Part shown: positions 31,993 to 40,918 of the stretch, one piece after another | Layout: the number at the start of each line of letters is the position of its first letter | Numbering within the stretch: the stretch's first letter is position 1 | From: Nitrosarchaeum sp. | GTDB taxonomy: Archaea; Thermoproteota; Nitrososphaeria; Nitrososphaerales; Nitrosopumilaceae | Assembly (NCBI GenBank): GCA_965223865.1 | Contig: OZ245020.1 | Coordinates: 160,001-224,000 of the forward strand | Length of the DNA stretch: 64,000 bases | Direction: 5' to 3' | Notes under the pieces: generated by a model | Seen by the model: the letters and a program-made list of their open reading frames with translations, nothing else | The model's database searches: none | Told to the model about the DNA's origin: nothing | Made by a program: the position numbers and the translations under genes

Positions 31993-32748
31993 ATGGGTTT
32001 GTTGGATAGATTTAGTCGTACGTTTGACAAGCATGGATATGACCTAGACGGGTATGACAAAAAAGGATATGACAAAAAAGGATATGACAAAAACGGGTAT
32101 GATAAGGATGGATACAACAAAAACGGGTATGATAAGGATGGATACAACAAAAACGGGTTTAACAAAAAAGGATATGACAAAAAAGGATATGACAAAAAAG
32201 GATACAAAAATGGGTATGATGAAAATGGATTTGATTTCAAGGGTTACAATAAAGATGGGTTTAACAAAAAAGGATATGACAAAAAAGGATATGACAAAGA
32301 CGGGTATGACAATCGGGGTTTTTCTATAGATGGAATTCACATCGATACAAAAATTGCTTTTGATAAAGATGGGTTTAACAAAAAAGGATATGACAAAGAC
32401 GGGTTTAACAAAGACGGGTATGACAAAAAAGGATACAACAAAAACGGGTTTAACAAAAAAGGATATGACAAAGACGGGTATGACCTAGACGGGTATGACA
32501 AAAAAGGATACAATCAAGACGGGTTTAACAAAGACGGGTATGATGAAAATGGGTATGATAGTAATGGGTATGATGAAAATGGGTATGATAGTAATGGGTA
32601 TGATTTAGACGGATATGATGAAAATGGGTATGATAGTAATGGGTATGATGGACTAGGATATAATCACCTAGGTTACGACAAAGAAGGATACAATCAAGAA
32701 GGATACAACAAATTCAATAAAAAGAAAAATGAAGTACACAGTGATTAA
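31993..32748 (+). CDS. G(Y/F)(D/N)xx pentapeptide-repeat protein
   Basis: About 40 tandem GYDKK/GFNKD/GYDEN units. Confidence 0.85.
   Translation: MGLLDRFSRTFDKHGYDLDGYDKKGYDKKGYDKNGYDKDGYNKNGYDKDGYNKNGFNKKGYDKKGYDKKGYKNGYDENGFDFKGYNKDGFNKKGYDKKGYDKDGYDNRGFSIDGIHIDTKIAFDKDGFNKKGYDKDGFNKDGYDKKGYNKNGFNKKGYDKDGYDLDGYDKKGYNQDGFNKDGYDENGYDSNGYDENGYDSNGYDLDGYDENGYDSNGYDGLGYNHLGYDKEGYNQEGYNKFNKKKNEVHSD
32035..32715 (+). repeat. 15-bp coding tandem repeats (e.g. GGATATGACAAAAAA, GGGTATGATAGTAAT)
   Basis: Directly visible; no unique spacers. Confidence 0.9.
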
Positions 32749-32936
32749 AACAAATTTTTTGTATGAATACATTCAACAAAAATGTGCATCCTCATTGCTA
32801 GTCTATTTGCTGAATCTGAAGAAGATAACAGTATGCATAAAAAATAATTTCAAATTTACAGAGTCAGGTCGTACTAGAACCGTTTTTGGGTAGAAATTTC
32901 AAGGAGGATTTGAACCATTTAAGGTTCAAGTCCAAA

Positions 32937-33011
32937 TGGGCCCACGGGGATTTGAACCCCGGATCTTCGCCGTGTAAGGGCGACGTCATAACCGATCTGG
33001 ACTATGAGCCC
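32937..33011 (-). tRNA. tRNA-Val(TAC)
   Basis: Reverse complement GGGCTCA...TGGGCCCA; TCGCC-CT-TAC-AC-GGCGA anticodon arm; GGTTCAAATCC. Confidence 0.96.
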
Positions 33012-33090
33012 AGAAACCTACCTTGTTAAAAACCATTTAAACTTTGAGACGATAAACAATCTAAAAATTTGATTACTATTTGGAAAGGTT

Positions 33091-34107
33091 ATGGTAGAAT
33101 TGGATTTTTTTTGTAGTCCCATTGGATTAGGTCATGCAACAAGAGATATTGCCATAGCAAACAATTTCACAGATTTTACATTCAAATTTGTGACAGGCAG
33201 TGGAGCAGCCAAAATAATTAAAAATTCAAATTTTAAGGTAGAAGATCTTTACAATCCACCAAATTTTATAATAGAAAAAGGCTCTTTAAAAAGTCCAGCA
33301 AGATGGCTTTGGAATTACTATAAGTATTACAAGGCGTGTAAAAAAATTTCAAACAAGGTAATTCAGAGTGATAATCCTAATCTAGTTGTTAGTGATGAGG
33401 ATTTTGCTTCACTTACAATAGCACAAGAAAAAAAAATTCCAACTGTTCTAGTTACCGATATTTTGGAAACACATTTTGTAAAAGGTTTTGGCTCATTTAT
33501 TGAAAAAAAGATGAATAAATCAATGCAAAATATTATTCAAAAGTGTGATATTGTTATAATTCCAGAATTGGGAGATGATGAAGAAAACATAAAAAGAGTA
33601 GGACCGATTGTGAGAAAAACACAACATACCAGAGAGGAATTGAGAAAGAGTTTTTCATTTGAAAAGAAAACAATCTTAGTATCTATTGGTGGAACAGATG
33701 CAGGATTATTTTTAATTGAAAAAACACTTGAAATCATTCCTAAACTAAAACAAGATGTTGATATAGTAATAGTTTCAGGACCCTCATTAACAAAAAAATT
33801 TAGTGGGAATATTAGAAATTTGGGTTTTATTGATAATCTTCATGAAGCAATTTTTGCAGCTGATGTTTTGATTTCACTTGCTGGAAAATCAACTATTGAT
33901 GAGGCTAAAGCATATGGAACGCCAAGCATATTCATTCCAATTAAAGGACATTTTGAACAAGAAGATAATGCAAAAGAAGAGGGTTTTACATTTGAGGATA
34001 TTTTTAAATTAGAAAAACTAATTGATGAGAAATTAGATCAAGGAAGAGCTCCCATAGTAAAAGATGGAGCAGGAAGAGCATCAGAATTAATAAAAAAATT
34101 GATTTGA
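33091..34107 (+). CDS. GT-B glycosyltransferase (GT28/MurG-like)
   Basis: GLGHATR, SIGGT, AGKSTIDE, GHFEQEDNA. Confidence 0.88.
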   Translation: MVELDFFCSPIGLGHATRDIAIANNFTDFTFKFVTGSGAAKIIKNSNFKVEDLYNPPNFIIEKGSLKSPARWLWNYYKYYKACKKISNKVIQSDNPNLVVSDEDFASLTIAQEKKIPTVLVTDILETHFVKGFGSFIEKKMNKSMQNIIQKCDIVIIPELGDDEENIKRVGPIVRKTQHTREELRKSFSFEKKTILVSIGGTDAGLFLIEKTLEIIPKLKQDVDIVIVSGPSLTKKFSGNIRNLGFIDNLHEAIFAADVLISLAGKSTIDEAKAYGTPSIFIPIKGHFEQEDNAKEEGFTFEDIFKLEKLIDEKLDQGRAPIVKDGAGRASELIKKLI

Positions 34108-34161
34108 CAAGTTTTTAATCCAATGCTTAATAGATGGCCGATAATTTTTTCTTGATATATC

Positions 34162-35577
34162 ATGGCAAAAATGATTGTAACAAAGTTTGGCGGTAGCGCT
34201 ATTGGTCCTAATGGCAATACCATTCCCACTATTATTGATAGAATTATTGAGTTGAGAAAAGATTCCAAGGTTCTTGCTGTATTTTCAGCACCACTTACAA
34301 TGGATAATGAAAAGAAGCGTTCTTTGACTGATGTGGTTTTAGAACAGGGAAAAAAGGCAGAAAATGGCATAAAAGCAAATCTCGAGCTTGTAAGATCAAC
34401 CTATGAGAAAATTTTGCAATTGATAAATGACGAAAACAAAGAGAAATGCGAAAAGACAATAGAATCATACCTAGAAATGGCTCAAAAAGCTCTTGATGAG
34501 GCATATGATAAAAGAAATTTTGCAGATGAAATAAGATCACGTGCATTGGCTTTTTCGGGGGAGATTCTAATGTCGCATGTTATGAATTACATTCTAAGAA
34601 GTAAAGGCTTGAAGACAAATGCAGTAAGCTATGATGAATGGCCGATAATTACTGATCATAATATAGAATCAACAAATTTTCTTGCAGCAAAATCTCGTGA
34701 AAGATTAGAAAAAACAGAAGAATTGGTCAGAGAAAATGATATTGTAACTATTGGAGGGTTCATTGGAAAGACAGTTGATGGAGTAACTACGACATATGAA
34801 CGTGGAGGTTCAGATAGAACCGCAGCTGACTTAGGTATTCTATTTCACAAAAAATATGATACTAGTATAGATTTTGAAAAAGATAGTTCTGTAGTCTCAG
34901 CTGATCCCAAAATTATTGACAATGGATTGACTGAAATTAATCAATTGTCATACAATGAGGCAAGATTAGCTGGAATGTTCGGTATGAAGATATTGGATCC
35001 CATTGCAATTAAAGAAATTGTTGAAAATGGAGTAGACATACCAATAATTGTTACCAATATGACAGATCCTTCAAAAACTACTACAATAAAGAGGAATCCA
35101 GATAATAAAGAAGGTCATCCCATAAAAATTGTAACAGGAAAAGAAAACTGTGCAATCTTCAGAATTGAAACAGCTAATGTTCAAAAATTGCTAACATCAC
35201 TTGATAAAGATAAAAGATACAGTGAATTCATTATTTTGTCTCCATTTACTAAAGATGGGATGGAATTTTCAAGAATACTCTTTCTTGATGGCGACTATGT
35301 AAAAAGAAATGAAAAGTATTTTCTAGGATTTGATTCTCTTGCGAAAATAACATACAACAGAGGAGTCATTACCTTAATCGGAGATGAAATGTGGAGAGTT
35401 CAACATGTTGCATCAAGAACAAGTGCAAAAATTGGTGAAGCAGGTCTTAATATATTGAATATGGACGCACAAGAAGAAACATCAAGAATAATAATTGTTG
35501 TTGAAGATTCGGAAGGAAATATCAGAAAAGCAATTAGTGCTGTACATCAAGAAAAATCAAAAATTAATTTTATTTAA
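34162..35577 (+). CDS. lysC: Aspartate kinase
   Basis: VTKFGGS, RGGSD.TA, SADPK, LSYNEA, C-terminal ACT. Confidence 0.9.
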   Translation: MAKMIVTKFGGSAIGPNGNTIPTIIDRIIELRKDSKVLAVFSAPLTMDNEKKRSLTDVVLEQGKKAENGIKANLELVRSTYEKILQLINDENKEKCEKTIESYLEMAQKALDEAYDKRNFADEIRSRALAFSGEILMSHVMNYILRSKGLKTNAVSYDEWPIITDHNIESTNFLAAKSRERLEKTEELVRENDIVTIGGFIGKTVDGVTTTYERGGSDRTAADLGILFHKKYDTSIDFEKDSSVVSADPKIIDNGLTEINQLSYNEARLAGMFGMKILDPIAIKEIVENGVDIPIIVTNMTDPSKTTTIKRNPDNKEGHPIKIVTGKENCAIFRIETANVQKLLTSLDKDKRYSEFIILSPFTKDGMEFSRILFLDGDYVKRNEKYFLGFDSLAKITYNRGVITLIGDEMWRVQHVASRTSAKIGEAGLNILNMDAQEETSRIIIVVEDSEGNIRKAISAVHQEKSKINFI

Positions 35578-35581
35578 TTGA

Positions 35582-35677
35582 GTGTAAGAGGCGTTACCGA
35601 TTTTCATCAGTAGCACCGCCGTGGGTTTGTTCTTGGACCTTTATCTAGATTCAGCCCGGCGTTACCCAAAACACGCG
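35582..35677 (-). ncRNA. Candidate structured non-coding RNA
   Basis: GC-rich intergenic island; minus-strand UACUGAU-GAAA-AUCGGUA hairpin, CGCCG/CGGCG stem, two ACA triplets, TATAAA at 35699-35694. Confidence 0.55.
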
Positions 35678-35728
35678 ATAATTGTAATTGTGATTTATAG
35701 TATTTAGAGTTGATCTATATAGATCCAA

Positions 35729-35935
35729 TCACATACGTTCAGCTAAATACCACAAAAGAATTCCCAAACCGATTATTGCATACCACTTGAAGTTTTTCTT
35801 GTTCATGAAAATGTTTGGTGAGGCTAATTCTTCATCCTTGTATGTAGCAAACCTAATTTTTCTCATTTCAAAACCCTGACCAACCAGACCTATTATTAGA
35901 AGGGCAATCGCTGGAAACCCCAAGAACCATTCCAT
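35729..35935 (-). CDS. Small membrane protein
   Basis: MEWFLGFPAIALLIIGLVGQGFEM...KWYAIIGLG. Confidence 0.75.
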   Translation of the reverse strand: MEWFLGFPAIALLIIGLVGQGFEMRKIRFATYKDEELASPNIFMNKKNFKWYAIIGLGILLWYLAERM

Positions 35936-36033
35936 GCTAAAAGTGGTATTTTCATTGAATATGTAGTTTGCAGGTTTTAGTAAAGGTATTTTCAAAGATA
36001 ATTCTTTAAATTGGTAGAGTTTTTTTGTGTCTT

Positions 36034-36948
36034 ATGAAAGAAGTTGGAAAAATTTGGATGAATGGAAGACTGGTACCATTTAAAGATGCCAAAGTTCATG
36101 TTTTAACTCATGCATTACACTACTCCACATCAATTTTTGAGGGAATAAGATGCTATGATACATCAAAAGGTTCAGCAATTTTCAGATTACCAGAACATGT
36201 TGATAGATTCTTCAACTCAGCAAAATTATATTCAATGAAGATGCAATTTTCCAAAAAAGAAATTTCGAATGCAATTATTAAAACAGTAAAAACAAATGGT
36301 TTGAAGGAATGTTATATCAGGCCTTTGGCTTACTATGGTTATGGAACAATGGGATTGACTCCAACACCAAACAAGGTAGATGTTTCTATTGCATGTTGGG
36401 AGTGGAAAATGGGAGAATCAAAGGCTGGAAAATTTTCAGGGGCAAAATGCAAGGTTTCTAGTTGGATTAAGATTGATTCAAGATCTCAACCAATGCAAGC
36501 AAAAGCAGCATCAAATTATGCAAACGCAGCTTTAGCTAGAATGGAAGCACTTGATAATGGATATGATGAAGCAATTATGTTAAACAATTATGGCAAAATT
36601 GCAGAAGGAAGTGCAGAAAATATCTTTGTTGTAAAAGACAATATTATTCAGACACCACCACTTTCGGCTGGAGGATTAGAGGGAATTACCAGAGATAGTG
36701 TAATTCAAATCATTGAAGAGAATGGAGGTTTTGTTATTGAAAGAGATCTTGAAAGAGAGGATCTTTATTTAGCTGATGAAATTTTTATGACAGGTACAGC
36801 AGCTGAGGTAAAGTCTGTCACTCAAATTGATAAGGTCAAAATAGGAAGTGGTAAGATGGGGAAGATCACAAAATCGTTGCAAAAATCATTTTCTGATGCA
36901 TCTTTAGGCAAAGACGAAAGATTCTTGCCTTGGTTGACATTCATCTAG
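36034..36948 (+). CDS. ilvE: Branched-chain amino acid aminotransferase
   Basis: HALHY..IFEG, AKAASNY, EGSAENIF, LEGITR, TGTAAEV. Confidence 0.95.
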   Translation: MKEVGKIWMNGRLVPFKDAKVHVLTHALHYSTSIFEGIRCYDTSKGSAIFRLPEHVDRFFNSAKLYSMKMQFSKKEISNAIIKTVKTNGLKECYIRPLAYYGYGTMGLTPTPNKVDVSIACWEWKMGESKAGKFSGAKCKVSSWIKIDSRSQPMQAKAASNYANAALARMEALDNGYDEAIMLNNYGKIAEGSAENIFVVKDNIIQTPPLSAGGLEGITRDSVIQIIEENGGFVIERDLEREDLYLADEIFMTGTAAEVKSVTQIDKVKIGSGKMGKITKSLQKSFSDASLGKDERFLPWLTFI

Positions 36949-36989
36949 ATTTCAAGAAGTTTTTTACCTCTAAATGTTCTCATTTTATC

Positions 36990-37169
36990 ATGGAATCATG
37001 CTCAACTGGTGATGCTCAAGAGATTTGTTGGTTTTGCAGAAAGGGACGCCACGAAGATTGTATGAAAGAAATTCCAACAGATGGGAGATCTGATGGACCA
37101 CATGACTGTACATTTGATACAAAGCTGATACCATGTAAGTGTCAACACAAGACAGTTAGTAACAATTAG
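36990..37169 (+). CDS. Small Cys/His-rich metal-binding protein
   Basis: CWFCRKGRHEDC...HDC...CKCQH. Confidence 0.65.
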   Translation: MESCSTGDAQEICWFCRKGRHEDCMKEIPTDGRSDGPHDCTFDTKLIPCKCQHKTVSNN

Positions 37170-37189
37170 AATAGTTTGGGAAAGAAATC

Positions 37190-37744
37190 GTGAGTTATGA
37201 TAAGGAATTTTGGGACAAATATGCTTCTAAAAATGAAGAAAAATACAATGAAGAATTTGCAAAGTTTGTAAGAGATTTGGCAATATCGCTTCGTTGTAAC
37301 AGCGTACTTGAAATTGGATGCGGGACCGGAATTGATTTAAGATTATTTCCTGAATCTTTTCAAATTTATGGAATGGATTTAAATGATAAGGCACTTGATA
37401 TTGCAAAACAAAAACTTCCTTCGGGTAAATTCAAAAAAGCTACAATTACAGATATTCCATTTGAGGATTCTTCAGTAGATTTTGTTTTCACTCATCAATT
37501 GTTAAACTATCTTGATGACCAAACCCTAGAGAAAGGAATTTCTGAAATGTACAGAGTTACTGGAAAATATATTATGAACTGCGAAAAGTTTGAAGAGTCT
37601 GAAAAACAAATTAGTAAAAATCAAAAATATAGAAATATGAAACAAAGATGGATGGACTATAAGGTAAAAATTGTTAGTAATGTTGACATGCATGAAGAAA
37701 TTGATCCTGATAAAACTAGATTTACATTACTCAAGAAATTATAA
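37190..37744 (+). CDS. Class I SAM-dependent methyltransferase
   Basis: VLEIGCGTG, IPFEDSSVDFVF. Confidence 0.9.
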   Translation: MSYDKEFWDKYASKNEEKYNEEFAKFVRDLAISLRCNSVLEIGCGTGIDLRLFPESFQIYGMDLNDKALDIAKQKLPSGKFKKATITDIPFEDSSVDFVFTHQLLNYLDDQTLEKGISEMYRVTGKYIMNCEKFEESEKQISKNQKYRNMKQRWMDYKVKIVSNVDMHEEIDPDKTRFTLLKKL

Positions 37745-37885
37745 AATAGCTACTTTGTAAGATATTTTCCCAATAATTTTGAGATTTTCTATTTTAGGAT
37801 AAAACCATTTCAAAATTTTTTAAATAAAATAATTTAAAGAAATTTTTTGGAAAGATCTATAAACATAATCCAAATCTAATCTATC

Positions 37886-37969
37886 ATGACAAATAATTGG
37901 TGGAAAGGAATGCCAAAAGAGATTGAAATGGATTTAGAAATTTTATCAGAGTTTGAATCATTGAAATAA
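37886..37969 (+). CDS. Putative 27-aa leaderless micro-protein
   Basis: MTNNWWKGMPKEIEMDLEILSEFESLK; TATAAA at 37858-37863. Confidence 0.4.
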   Translation: MTNNWWKGMPKEIEMDLEILSEFESLK

Positions 37970-38032
37970 TTTATAAAATTATTTTTTAAAAATTAATAAA
38001 ATGAAAATAAATAATCATAAATCCAAAAATAT

Positions 38033-38470
38033 TTAATTTATCCTCATTAGGATTTGATCACATATTCGTCTCATCTCTGAATCTGAACTTTGGCTAGAAA
38101 TTTTTACTAGATCAGAATTAGTGATTATTCCTACTATTTTTTTATCTTTAATTACGGGAAGTTTGTGAATATTGTGAATTTTCATCAATTCTGCGGCTTC
38201 CCAAATGGTGTCACTTGGATCAATGGTAATTAGTGGCGTTGTCATTATGTCCTCAACTGGATTTAAAAGACTAACTCCCATTACTGCGTATCGTCTAACA
38301 AAATCTCTTTCTGTGATTATGCCTATGGGTTCATCATTTTTAGTTACTAAGATACTTCCTATATTGGCCTCATCCATCTTCTTTGCAGCATTTTTTATCG
38401 ATGAAGATTCTTCGATAGTAATTACATTTTTTTCCATAAAATCATCAACAAAAACATCTTCTCCTGACAT
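38033..38470 (-). CDS. CBS-domain protein
   Basis: Two CBS repeats (GIITERD, LPV..GIITNSD). Confidence 0.92.
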   Translation of the reverse strand: MSGEDVFVDDFMEKNVITIEESSSIKNAAKKMDEANIGSILVTKNDEPIGIITERDFVRRYAVMGVSLLNPVEDIMTTPLITIDPSDTIWEAAELMKIHNIHKLPVIKDKKIVGIITNSDLVKISSQSSDSEMRRICDQILMRIN

Positions 38471-38797
38471 TACGTGTTTTTGTTTTCATTTAGATGTTAA
38501 AAGAATCATCAAGAATTTCAAAATTGATAATTAAATATTATTAAACAATCTCAAAAATACTATTTTTAAATAAAGAATTCAGGTTGTTACTTCTCTGAAT
38601 TTAGTTTGTTTTCAGATTTTTATCAATAATTTCAATATGAATTGCTCTGCAAAGAAAGAAGATGCTAATGATAGTGATTTTTGAAGTGTAAATCAGTATT
38701 GCTTCTTTAATTTATTGTTAAAAATGGTGTGAAGAATTAAAGCTAAAACAACATGCAATAGACTAATACCACTTAAGAAAGAAGATTCCAAGAAAAT

Positions 38798-39613
38798 ATG
38801 ATGGTAAAAAAATACAAGCCAATCATTTCATACAGACTAAGAGAAATTCCCATAAAGGAAATTAAAATTTGGAAGGAGGCACAGGCCAGAAAACTAGACA
38901 GAGAGGGAATATCTGAACTTGCAAAATCAATAAAAAATGAAGGATTGTTAAATCCACCACTTGTACAAAAGCAGGATAAAAATACGTATTTGCTAATGTC
39001 AGGTCAAAGACGACTTGCTGCCATGAAGCGTTTAGGTGCAAAAAAGATCCCAGTTCATTTACTTACCAAAAAAACAGAATATGATCTAGAGAATGCAAAA
39101 GCAGCGTCTGTTATAGAAAATATTCACAGAAATGACATGAATCATAAGGATATTGCGGAGGCCTGTAAGTTTTTGACAGAGCAAGTTGGTAAATCAGCAG
39201 CGGCAAGATCAATGGGAATGTCAATGCCTACATTAAAAAAATACTTGGGATTTGCTGGTGTTCCTGACAACTTAAAGTCGTTAGTGCCCAAAATGATTTC
39301 AAGAGATGAAATGACTAAACTTTACTTTGTTGTACCAAATATTACCAAGGCGCAAAAAATTGTGCAGAAAATATCAAATTTTGATTCCAATCTCCGTAAA
39401 AAATACATTACTGCCCTTATGCGTTCACCAAAATCATCTCACGCTAAATTGTTACAACGTGCAAAAGCAATGCAAATAAAACAAAATGTATCCATTCACT
39501 TATCAAAAACTGCAGCAAAGAAGCTTGCAAGAGAATCAAACAAACAAGACATTACAATTGATGAGATGGCTGCTAAAATAATATCTACTTATCTAAAACG
39601 TAGAAAAAGATAG
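38798..39613 (+). CDS. ParB/Srx N-terminal domain protein with HTH
   Basis: ELAKSIKNEGLLNPPLV, SGQRRLAA, ENIHR. Confidence 0.87.
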   Translation: MMVKKYKPIISYRLREIPIKEIKIWKEAQARKLDREGISELAKSIKNEGLLNPPLVQKQDKNTYLLMSGQRRLAAMKRLGAKKIPVHLLTKKTEYDLENAKAASVIENIHRNDMNHKDIAEACKFLTEQVGKSAAARSMGMSMPTLKKYLGFAGVPDNLKSLVPKMISRDEMTKLYFVVPNITKAQKIVQKISNFDSNLRKKYITALMRSPKSSHAKLLQRAKAMQIKQNVSIHLSKTAAKKLARESNKQDITIDEMAAKIISTYLKRRKR

Positions 39614-39891
39614 AACGAAGTAATTTCAATTATAAAAATATACAAAGATTCAAGTGATTCTAATGATGTGAAAATAAACAACATTACTCATTTTGTCTTT
39701 CAAAAAACTACTAAACAATAAATTCAAAATCTTTAATTTGTAAGAAGAGAAGGTGATATGTCGAACACAATTCGGCTGGTGGACGGGTTATGATTAGGTA
39801 AAGACCTGGTTATTACTTGAAATTCATTATCAAATATATTCAAATCATAATCCTAGATTTGTACCTTTTTTGTACAAAGATAGATCTTGAT

Positions 39892-40635
39892 TCAGAGCAA
39901 TATCTCATTTTCAGAGTATTGTGGATTTTTTTTAGGAATATCAAAAATTTTCAGAGATTCCAAATATTCAAGATGTTTTGAGGTTGATTTGAGATCTCCA
40001 AAAGAGACCATTATTCTGTCATTATGTTCAGGGACGTATTTAGAAATATCTGAAAGATATCTTTCTCCATTAACATAAAAAACGAGAAATTTATTATCTT
40101 CAGTACAAAATCTACCATTATTGACCGATGAATTATAGTTGTTTATTATTATGCAGTTTGGTGTAACTTTCATTTCCAATGATGTGAACAGCATCTCTAA
40201 TGGAACTCCAGTTGCATGTCTATGAATTAGATACGGATTGTGATTCTCAAAGTGGATGTATTTACTTGACATCTGAAATTGTTTCAGACCAAAGTTTAAT
40301 TGTACATCATCTATAAAAATTGCAATTGCAGCATGTGCGTGGTCACTTCCATATTCTCCAATATTATATTGATTCTTCAAACTTCTCTCAGGATCTAATT
40401 GTATTGCATTTTGAATTATTTTTGAATCAATCTCATTTTGGTTAATAAAATAATATGAAAAGAAACTCAAGGTAATAATTACAAAAGATATTGCTATTAT
40501 TACAAATACTCTGTTTGTTGAATTAGATTGGATTGGTTCTGTATCAAAATATTCTAAATTACTCTCCTGAATACGACCAGGTAGGCTGTAATCTGAAAAG
40601 TCCTTAGGAATAGTTTTGTTATCATCTTCAGGCAA
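39892..40635 (-). CDS. Membrane-anchored hypothetical protein (HAH/IHFE/IHRH)
   Basis: TM helix then His-rich motifs and YVNG. Confidence 0.75.
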   Translation of the reverse strand: MPEDDNKTIPKDFSDYSLPGRIQESNLEYFDTEPIQSNSTNRVFVIIAISFVIITLSFFSYYFINQNEIDSKIIQNAIQLDPERSLKNQYNIGEYGSDHAHAAIAIFIDDVQLNFGLKQFQMSSKYIHFENHNPYLIHRHATGVPLEMLFTSLEMKVTPNCIIINNYNSSVNNGRFCTEDNKFLVFYVNGERYLSDISKYVPEHNDRIMVSFGDLKSTSKHLEYLESLKIFDIPKKNPQYSENEILL

Positions 40636-40730
40636 CAGTTAATCCACAAAATTTAATTCTATAAATTTCCTAGACATCCTAGAATATTGAATCTTTTAAA
40701 ATTTGGATCAATTTTGTTTCAAAATATTAA

Positions 40731-40744
40731 AGCGGGTCTAGAGG
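40731..40744. repeat. att direct repeat (copy of tRNA-Lys 3' end)
   Basis: Identical to 50201-50214. Confidence 0.85.
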
Positions 40745-40918
40745 TCTGCATGCTGCCAGCGGTTTCTAAGAATTGGCTCTCATTATAATATAGACAGTAT
40801 AATTTTAAAACATATTGAAGGGTGCGAATCCTTTCAGATTTGAGCTTAATTTCGACTCAATTTTCAGGGTTCAAATTTGATTGGTTTGCACACCAAATAC
40901 TGTTTACCGAGTATTGGT

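Noticed and set aside
31920-32340. Alternative-frame ORFs (YPFLS, MTKKD, VISFF repeats)
   Set aside because: Shadows of the stop-free coding repeat
32035-32715. Tandem repeats as a CRISPR array
   Set aside because: 15-bp in-frame coding units with no unique spacers and no cas genes
35595-35612. CUGAUGA as a hammerhead ribozyme or TPP/fluoride riboswitch core
   Set aside because: No correctly placed stem II/GAAA or riboswitch consensus; kept only as a generic ncRNA candidate
40817-40835. T-arm-like hairpin GAAGGG-TGCGAAT-CCTTTC inside the element end
   Set aside because: Too short to assign to a tRNA fragment; no acceptor or anticodon arm
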